Below are positions 7,935 through 14,005 of a stretch of DNA of 63,654 nt, in pieces; positions within the stretch are counted from its first letter, which is position 1, and every line of letters begins with the position of its first letter. The notes under the pieces are model-generated. The model was not told the origin of the DNA. It saw only the letters and a program-made list of their open reading frames with translations, and did not search any database. This stretch comes from Verrucomicrobiota bacterium (GTDB lineage Bacteria; Verrucomicrobiota; Verrucomicrobiia; Limisphaerales; UBA8199): the NCBI GenBank assembly GCA_037130375.1, contig JBAXTC010000001.1, forward strand, positions 1-63,654, written 5' to 3'. Made by a program: the position numbers and the translations under genes.

Positions 7935-10013
7935 ATGAACTGGCCGCTTAAACTCCTCCCCTGGTTTTTCGTCGCGCTCTTTGGCTGCGAAATCATCGCC
8001 GTGATGATGCCGAAGAAAGACGGCGAGTATCACGTCCGCGAATTCGGCCGGCTGCCGGTACTGCTCAATGGCCGCGTCCAGCCCTTCGATTCGGTGGCGC
8101 GCAATGCCCTGCTCCAAATCCGCAGCACCGGGGATGTGCCGCTCGAGCAGGTGCCGTCCTGGAAGTTCTGGCATCACCCAAAAAAGCTCAAAGCCTCCGA
8201 ATGGCTGCTCGAAGTCATGGCTCGGCCCGCTCTTGCCGACACCCGCCCGATCTTTCTTATCCATCACTCCGACCTCCTCGGGGAGTTGAAACTTCAGGAC
8301 AAAGGAGTCGAGAAGTCAGGCCTCCGCTATTTCACCTACAACGAGTTGAAACCCGTTGTCACCGAGATCTCCCAGCAAGGCCAAAAGTCCGCCCAGGTCA
8401 AGCCGGAGCAGCAAACCCCGTTTCAGAAGCAGGTCGCCAAGCTGGCCAATGCCATCATGCTCTACCATCGCCTTAAGGTCACGCTCCAGCCCGAAGGTGC
8501 GGATGACTTCACGCAAGAACTGGCTAACTTCCGGAAAAACCTGGGTCCCGCCCAAGTCGCTGCCCAGTCCAGCGAAAGCGAAAAGGATTTCAATAAGGAA
8601 GCTCTTCGTAAAATAGCGGGGCCGCTGGAAGAGTTCCAATTGATGGCGAATTATGGCTACCCGCTCATCGTCCCTCCGCTCGCGCCCGAGGCGGGCCGAG
8701 ATCGCTGGCAAAATGCTGGCACCAGCCTGCTCGAATGCGCCCGCACCGGCGAGTTTCATCCCGCGATGACCAACCTTGCCGCGATAGCGACGGCCTATCA
8801 TCAGAACAGGCCGGAGGACTTCAACGGCGCGGTGGCGGCTTACCGGCTTTGGCTGGCGCCCAAGTTCGCGAAGGAGCTAAGCAAAGGGGTGGCTGAGTTC
8901 TACTACAACGACGTGAAGTCTTTCCTGCACGCAACCATCATTTACATTTTTGCATTCGTGCTGGCCTGCACCGCCATCCTGACCTTCACCTTGACGCCGA
9001 ATCTCTCGGAATCCCTTCGCCGCTCGGCATTTTACCTCGTGGTGCTTGCGGGCGTCGTGCATACCTTCGGGCTGGTTTATCGCATGGTCCTGGAGGGGCG
9101 CCCGCCGGTGACCAACCTCTATTCTTCAGCCGTCTTCATTGGCTGGTCGGCGATGGTTCTGGGGATCATCCTGGAGCGGATTTACCGCATTGGCCTCGGC
9201 AGTTTGCTCGCCTCGCTGGCTGGCTTTGTCACGTTGCTCATCGCCCACAACCTCGCTTTGGGGGGCGATACCATGCAAATGTTGATGGCGGTTCTTGACA
9301 CTAATTTCTGGCTGGCCACGCATGTCGTCGTGATTACGCTGGGTTACGCTTCGACCTTCGCGGCCGGCTTGTTGGCCATCACCTACATTCTATTGGGGGT
9401 GTTTACTCCACTGTTGAAAGAGAAGATGGGAAACCGCGAAGCGGCGACCGCGGCTCCCGCAGGTCCGCGTGGCGCCAAAATGGTCGAGTCGGCATCGTTC
9501 GCCTCGAAGAGCGGCGCTCAAATCGAGCTGGGCAAGGCGTTGTCAAAAATGGTTTATGGCGTCGTTTGCTTTGCGACCCTCTTCAGCTTTGTCGGTACCG
9601 TCCTCGGCGGCATCTGGGCCGATCAATCCTGGGGCCGGTTCTGGGGTTGGGACCCCAAAGAAAATGGCGCGCTGCTCATCGTCCTCTGGAACGCCATCAT
9701 CCTCCACGCCCGCTGGGGCGGCATGGTGCGCGACCGTGGCATCATGAATTTAGCCGTGTTCGGCAATATCGTGACCAGTTTTTCGTGGTTTGGAGTGAAT
9801 ATGCTCGGCATCGGTCTGCACTCCTACGGTTTTATGGATGCGGCTTTCAAGTGGCTCATGCTGTTCATCGGCAGCCAGCTCTTCGTCATCGTCCTGGGCC
9901 TCCTGCCCCTGCGCCTGTGGCGCAGCTTCCGCACCGGTGACAAACTGCCCCCAACCGGTTCCGCCGCCCCTCTCGGTGGCAAGGCCCGAACCCCTGCGCC
10001 CGCCGGGGCATAG
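7935..10013 (+). CDS. ccsA: Cytochrome c assembly protein CcsA/ResC (long form)
   Basis: 692-aa polytopic membrane ORF. Tryptophan-rich haem-handling motif 'WADQSWGRFWGWDPKENGAL'. Confidence 0.9.
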   Translation: MNWPLKLLPWFFVALFGCEIIAVMMPKKDGEYHVREFGRLPVLLNGRVQPFDSVARNALLQIRSTGDVPLEQVPSWKFWHHPKKLKASEWLLEVMARPALADTRPIFLIHHSDLLGELKLQDKGVEKSGLRYFTYNELKPVVTEISQQGQKSAQVKPEQQTPFQKQVAKLANAIMLYHRLKVTLQPEGADDFTQELANFRKNLGPAQVAAQSSESEKDFNKEALRKIAGPLEEFQLMANYGYPLIVPPLAPEAGRDRWQNAGTSLLECARTGEFHPAMTNLAAIATAYHQNRPEDFNGAVAAYRLWLAPKFAKELSKGVAEFYYNDVKSFLHATIIYIFAFVLACTAILTFTLTPNLSESLRRSAFYLVVLAGVVHTFGLVYRMVLEGRPPVTNLYSSAVFIGWSAMVLGIILERIYRIGLGSLLASLAGFVTLLIAHNLALGGDTMQMLMAVLDTNFWLATHVVVITLGYASTFAAGLLAITYILLGVFTPLLKEKMGNREAATAAPAGPRGAKMVESASFASKSGAQIELGKALSKMVYGVVCFATLFSFVGTVLGGIWADQSWGRFWGWDPKENGALLIVLWNAIILHARWGGMVRDRGIMNLAVFGNIVTSFSWFGVNMLGIGLHSYGFMDAAFKWLMLFIGSQLFVIVLGLLPLRLWRSFRTGDKLPPTGSAAPLGGKARTPAPAGA

Positions 10014-10041
10014 TACCCGAAGCGCGACTGTAAACGGAGAT

Positions 10042-10072
10042 GGGGCCTGCGACGCGCTCCGCGTCAGGCCCC
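10042..10072. terminator. Strong GC hairpin between convergent genes (candidate bidirectional terminator)
   Basis: 'ggggcctgcgacgcg ctc cgcgtcaggcccc': near-perfect 14-15 bp stem with one bulge. Lies between the ccsA stop and the stop of the minus-strand flavoprotein gene. Confidence 0.6.
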
Positions 10073-10139
10073 GATAAGAGGCGGCCCATTATTCATGGCG
10101 GGCATCGAGATGGGATACAAGGGAATGGGTTACATGAGA

Positions 10140-12281
10140 TCACGCCAGGCGGCATCCAGCACAGCCGGCGCCTTTGAGCATGATCGCGCCGGTAGGACAC
10201 ACCTCGGCGGCGCGGCGGGCGGATTTCCGGAGGGCCTCAGCCATGGGTTTGTTGAAGGGCGTGGCTACGCTTACCTGAAATCCACGACCGATAAACGATA
10301 AACCCAGATCCTCGCCTGCTTGTGCCGCCACTTGCACGCAAGCGCCGCACATGATGCACTTGCCCGGCTCGAAGATAATGTCCGGGTGGGATGAGTCGCG
10401 GGCGAAGTAACGTCGTTCGCCGAAAAACCGCCCTGGGTCCACGCCGTATTCGGTCGCAAACTGGCGCAACCGGCAAGGGATCGACTTGCCGCAGCCGCAG
10501 CCGAGGCAGCGCCGAGACTCGCGTCTTGCAGCCTCCGGTGAAAACCCCAGCTCCACTTCGTCGAAGGTCGTCCGTCGCATCTCGATCGCCAGTTGCGGCA
10601 TGGGGGCGCGCGGGGCCTGCTCGATCCCGCGCAGGAAAACCGCCAGCTCGTCTTCGCTGAGTTTCCCCATAAGGACGTTCACCGACTCGGGCGCGCCGAT
10701 CACCTTCTTCCCATTCAGGTATTGGTCGAGAGCCGCTGCCGCAAGCTTGCCGGCGGCCACAGCTCGCACGGCAAGATCCGGGCCGGTCACCCCATCGCCA
10801 CCGGCAAAAACACCGGGAAGGTTGGTCGCTAGGGTCTTTGGGTCGGCCGCAATACCCCATTTAGACAAAGAAAGTCCGGCCGCATTCAGGCAGCTCAATT
10901 CCACATTCTGCCCAATGGCCGAAATCACCGAGGTGGCCTGCACTTCGAACTCCGAGCCGGGCATGGGCACCGGTCGGGCCCGCCCGCTTTCATCAGGCGG
11001 CCCGAGTTCCATTCGCTGGCAAGTCAGGCTCAACTTGCCCTCCTTTCGCTCCAGCCGCACGGGGGCGACGAGGAACTCAATCTTGACACCCTCGGCTTCC
11101 GCGGCTTCCACTTCCTCCATGAGACAAGGCATCTCCTGGCGGGTGCGACGGTAAAGCACCCGCACCGACTTTGCTCCCAACCGTACAGCGCAACGGCTGG
11201 CATCCATCGCGGTGTTGCCGCCGCCGACAACGATGGCATCGCTGCCCACGATTGGCGCCGGTCCGTCGGTGAGCTTTTCGAGAAACTCGAGTGCCGGGGT
11301 GGCCAGTTCTTCGCCACGGCAACCCAGACCGCGAGAACCCTGGGCTCCAATCGCCAGAAACACTCCGTCGAAGTCCCGCCGCAGTTCGTCCAGCGTGATG
11401 TCCCGGCCCAGCTTCTTCCCAAGGTGAAATTTGGCCCCCAACTCGCGTATCATCCCGATCTCCGCATCGAGCACCTGGCGCGGCAACCGAAACGCAGGTA
11501 TCCCATAGCGCAACATCCCACCCGGCTGCGGGTGCGCGTCAAATAGCACTGCGCCATGGCCTCGCCGAAGCAGGTGATGGGCTGCGGCAAGCCCCGCCGG
11601 ACCGGCCCCAACTATGGCTACCCGCTTGCCGGTCGCCGGAGTGAGTGGGACAGGCGTCCCGCCTGTCGCGTCGGGCGTCTCGCCCGCGTTAGCATGCTCG
11701 ATGGCGAGATGCCCTGGTGGCGGGAGGGACGCCCGCCCCACTACCTCGGGGCGCGCACGTTGATAATCGGCCACGAACCGATGAAGGTTGCGAATCGAGA
11801 GCGATTCCTCCACATCACATTGCCGGCAGCGCTCCTCGCAGAGCCTCGGACAGACTCGTCCCAGCGACGCTGGCAGCGTGAGATCGTCTGTCACGATGTC
11901 AGCGGATTTGCGGTGGTCGCCAGCGGCAATCTGTGCGATGAAGTTGGGGATATCCAGCCGGGCCGGGCAACCGGTTCGGCACGGCCCGACGCAGTCGCCC
12001 GCGTGGTCCGAGAGCAGGAGTTCCAGCGAGGTCTTGCGCGCCGCGCGAACCTCCTCCGAGTCATTAATCACGACCATCCCATCGGCTGCAGGCGTGGCGC
12101 AGGACGGCCATAAATTCGGCCGCCCCTCAATCTTAACTGCGCACAAAAAACACGAGGCGGACGGTTCAAAACCCTCGACGTGACAGAGCGTGGGGATGGA
12201 GATTCCCAGCTTGCGCGCAGCGCGGAGGATCGTGGTGCCGGCTGGGACTTCGATTGGACGGCTGTCGATGGTTAGGGTCAT
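10140..12281 (-). CDS. Multi-cluster Fe-S flavoprotein: NuoG/HydA-N-terminal-type Fe-S module with inserted GltD-like NAD(P)H/FAD oxidoreductase domain
   Basis: 713-aa ORF. 2Fe-2S cysteines at C33, C44, C47 and C61. 'SDHAGDCVGPCRTGC' and GltD-type 'RVCPRLCEERCRQC'. Dinucleotide folds 'VAIVGAGPAGLAAA' and 'VVGGGNTAMD', plus 'FAGGD'. C-terminal 'RRCLGCGCG...GKCIMCGACVQV...CPTGAI'. Confidence 0.85.
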   Translation of the reverse strand: MTLTIDSRPIEVPAGTTILRAARKLGISIPTLCHVEGFEPSASCFLCAVKIEGRPNLWPSCATPAADGMVVINDSEEVRAARKTSLELLLSDHAGDCVGPCRTGCPARLDIPNFIAQIAAGDHRKSADIVTDDLTLPASLGRVCPRLCEERCRQCDVEESLSIRNLHRFVADYQRARPEVVGRASLPPPGHLAIEHANAGETPDATGGTPVPLTPATGKRVAIVGAGPAGLAAAHHLLRRGHGAVLFDAHPQPGGMLRYGIPAFRLPRQVLDAEIGMIRELGAKFHLGKKLGRDITLDELRRDFDGVFLAIGAQGSRGLGCRGEELATPALEFLEKLTDGPAPIVGSDAIVVGGGNTAMDASRCAVRLGAKSVRVLYRRTRQEMPCLMEEVEAAEAEGVKIEFLVAPVRLERKEGKLSLTCQRMELGPPDESGRARPVPMPGSEFEVQATSVISAIGQNVELSCLNAAGLSLSKWGIAADPKTLATNLPGVFAGGDGVTGPDLAVRAVAAGKLAAAALDQYLNGKKVIGAPESVNVLMGKLSEDELAVFLRGIEQAPRAPMPQLAIEMRRTTFDEVELGFSPEAARRESRRCLGCGCGKSIPCRLRQFATEYGVDPGRFFGERRYFARDSSHPDIIFEPGKCIMCGACVQVAAQAGEDLGLSFIGRGFQVSVATPFNKPMAEALRKSARRAAEVCPTGAIMLKGAGCAGCRLA

Positions 12282-12310
12282 AGGAAATCCGAAGTCTCGA
12301 AAACCGAAAT

Positions 12311-12652
12311 CTGAAAACCGAAATCCGAAGGAAATCCGAAAACCGAAATCCGAAGCAATATTCGTGCATCAGCATCGTTATTTTCTCCAAATGCCAGAGA
12401 ACGCGAGCGATCTCCTCGCCAAACTGCCCCGTGCGTTCTTCCAATGCCCCGTGGCCAAGTCTTGCCTGCCTCATCCCCCGACTGAAAACCGAAATCCGAA
12501 GGAAATCCGAAAACCGAAATCCGAAGCAATATTCGTGCATCAGCATCGTTATTTTCTCCAAATGCCAGAGAACGCGAGCGATCTCCTCGCCAAACTGCCC
12601 CGTGCGTTCTTCCAATGCCCCGTGGCCAAGTCTTGCCTGCCTCATCCCCCCA
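12311..12652 (-). repeat. Tandem direct repeat, 2 x 171 bp (internally deleted 4HB gene units)
   Basis: 'ctgaaaaccg' at 12311 recurs at 12482, giving a 171-nt period. The units are near-identical by eye. Minus-strand reading: 'MRQARLGHGALEERTGQFGEEIARVLWHLEKITMLMHEYCFGF'. This is the 4HB N-terminus fused to the last codons and 3' tail of the gene. Confidence 0.85.
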
Positions 12653-12801
12653 CCTCCAGAACTCGAAGCCCTCGCATGGCGTTTCCTGGCACAATGTCCA
12701 TTCGGCCTTCGGATTTCGGATTTCCTTCGGTTTTCGGTTTTCGGTTTTCGGATTTAAGACGGTCATAGGAAATCCGAAGCAGTATTCGCGCATCAGCATC
12801 G

Positions 12802-13170
12802 TTATTTTCTCCAAATCGCGCCGAAAATGAGATTCAGCTCTTTGGCCTCGCGCCAGAGAACGCGAGCTTCGGCAGCCAGGTTTTCCTGTGCAGTAGCGAC
12901 CATGCGAAGGAAGAACATGGTTTCCCGAGACTCTTTGCGGCAAGTGCCAATCCGATGCTTGAAATCTTTCCCGGAAACAGAGTTGTCTGCCTCGCAGAAA
13001 TTCGCCCCCACGCTCGTTCCAGCGCCCACAAGCTGATCAATGAGTCGGTTGGTGACCGGATTCTGCGGGATCTTCTTCACAAACCGTATGATCGCCTCGC
13101 CAAACTGCGCCGTGCGTTCTTCCAAGCCCCGTGCCGGAGTCTTACCTGCCGCTCCTTCCCTCAGCGCCAT
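12802..13170 (-). CDS. Four-helix-bundle protein (23S rRNA intervening-sequence protein / Avd family)
   Basis: 122 aa from ATG 13170: 'MALREGAAGKTPARGLEERTAQFGEAIIRFVKKIPQNPVTNRLIDQLVGAGTSVGANFCEADNSVSGKDFKHRIGTCRKESRETMFFLRMV...LIFGAIWRK'. Typical length and motifs (GxSxGANxxEA, KDFxHxxxxxxKEsxET) for this family. Confidence 0.8.
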   Translation of the reverse strand: MALREGAAGKTPARGLEERTAQFGEAIIRFVKKIPQNPVTNRLIDQLVGAGTSVGANFCEADNSVSGKDFKHRIGTCRKESRETMFFLRMVATAQENLAAEARVLWREAKELNLIFGAIWRK

Positions 13171-13252
13171 CGGTTCCGTACCCACCTCATCCCCCCAGCT
13201 CCAGAACTCGAAGTCCTCGCATGACGTTTCCTGGCACATTGTCCGTTCGGCC

Positions 13253-13352
13253 TTCGGATTTCGGATTTCGGATTTCGGATTTAAGATAGTCATGGCAAAT
13301 CCGAAGTCTCGAAAACCGAAATCCGAAGGAAATCCGAAATCCGAAATCCGAA
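13253..13352. repeat. Inverted heptamer arrays able to form a long imperfect hairpin
   Basis: Left arm (TTCGGAT)n at 13253-13283 faces right arm (AAATCCG/AAAACCG)n at 13297-13352 across 'aagatagtcatggc'. Confidence 0.75.
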
Positions 13353-13374
13353 ACAGTATCCGTGCATCAGCATC

Positions 13375-13523
13375 GTTATTTTCTCTAAATCGCGCCGAAA
13401 ATGAGCTTTAGCCCTTTGGCATCGCACCAGAGAACGCGAGCAATCTTCTCGCCAAACTGCCCCGTGCGTTCTTCCAATGCCCCGTGCCGGAGTCTTGCCT
13501 GCCGCTCCTTCCCTCAGCGCCAT
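13375..13523 (-). pseudogene. Frameshifted, internally deleted four-helix-bundle gene copy
   Basis: Starts 'MALREGAAGKTPARG'. A 1-nt insertion follows (ggggcATTGGAAGAACGC versus ggggcTTGGAAGAACGC in the intact copy). The remnant reads 'LEERTGQFGEKIARVLW/CDAKGLKLIFGAI*', so the central helices are missing. Confidence 0.6.
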
Positions 13524-14004
13524 CAGTTCCGTGCCCACTTCATCTCCCCACCTCCAGAACTCGAAGCCCTCGCATGACATTTCCTCGCACAATGTCCGTT
13601 CGGCCTTCAGTTTTCGGATTTCCTTCGGTTTTCGGTTTTCGGATTTCGGATTTCCTCGTGCGTAACCTGCCGCTCCTTCCCTCAGCGCCATCAGTTCCGT
13701 ACCCACCTCATCCCCCCACCTCCAGAACTCGAAGCCCTCGCATGACATTTCCTCGCACAATGTCCGTTCGGCCTTCAGTTTTCGGATTTCCTTCGGTTTT
13801 CGGTTTTCGGATTTCGGATTTCCTCGTGCGTAACCTGCCGCTCCCTCCCTCAACGCCATCAGTTCCGTGCCTACCTCATCCCCCCACCTCCAAAATTCTA
13901 AGTCCTCACATGACATTTCCTCGCACAATGTCCGTTCGGCCTTCGGATTTCGGATTTCGGATTTCGGATTTCCGCCTTCGGTCTTCAGATTCCCTCGCGC
14001 GTAA
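13501..14004 (-). repeat. Tandem direct repeat, 3 x 168 bp (4HB 5' region + first 9 codons + heptamer array)
   Basis: 'gccgctcc' occurs at 13501, 13669 and 13837. Copies 1 and 2 differ at about 3 positions by eye; copy 3 is diverged. Each unit contains '...FEFWRWGDEVGTELMALREGAAG' on the minus strand. The array abuts the stop codon of the NuoEF gene. Confidence 0.85.
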
Positions 14005-14005
14005 T

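Larger units (their letters stand above)
12282..14005. repeat. 1.7-kb nest of repeats derived from a four-helix-bundle gene unit plus heptamer arrays
   Basis: Contains one intact 4HB gene, three internally deleted copies, 2x171-bp and 3x168-bp tandem units, and (GGATTTC/GGTTTTC)n arrays in both orientations. It fills the whole gap between two functionally related redox genes. Confidence 0.9.

Noticed and set aside
7654-7938. 94-aa ORF ending in 'HASRITHHASHITHHASR'
   Set aside because: It overlaps the 3' end of ccsB in another frame, and its tail is just the translation of the (GCATCAC)n microsatellite.
12166-12645. 159-aa minus-strand ORF reading through both 171-bp units into the flavoprotein gene start
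   Set aside because: It stays open only because the period is a multiple of three and stop codons are rare. It overlaps the flavoprotein gene start out of frame. It is reported as a repeat, not as a CDS.
12282-14005. Possible CRISPR array
   Set aside because: The repeat units are 168-171 bp and directly abutting, without unique spacers of regular size. The units are recognisably gene-derived, and no cas genes occur in the window.
12282-14005. Possible diversity-generating retroelement, since the 4HB protein belongs to the Avd family
   Set aside because: There is no reverse transcriptase gene in the window. Differences between repeat copies are mixed transitions and indels rather than adenine-specific substitutions, and no template/variable repeat pair lies next to a target gene.
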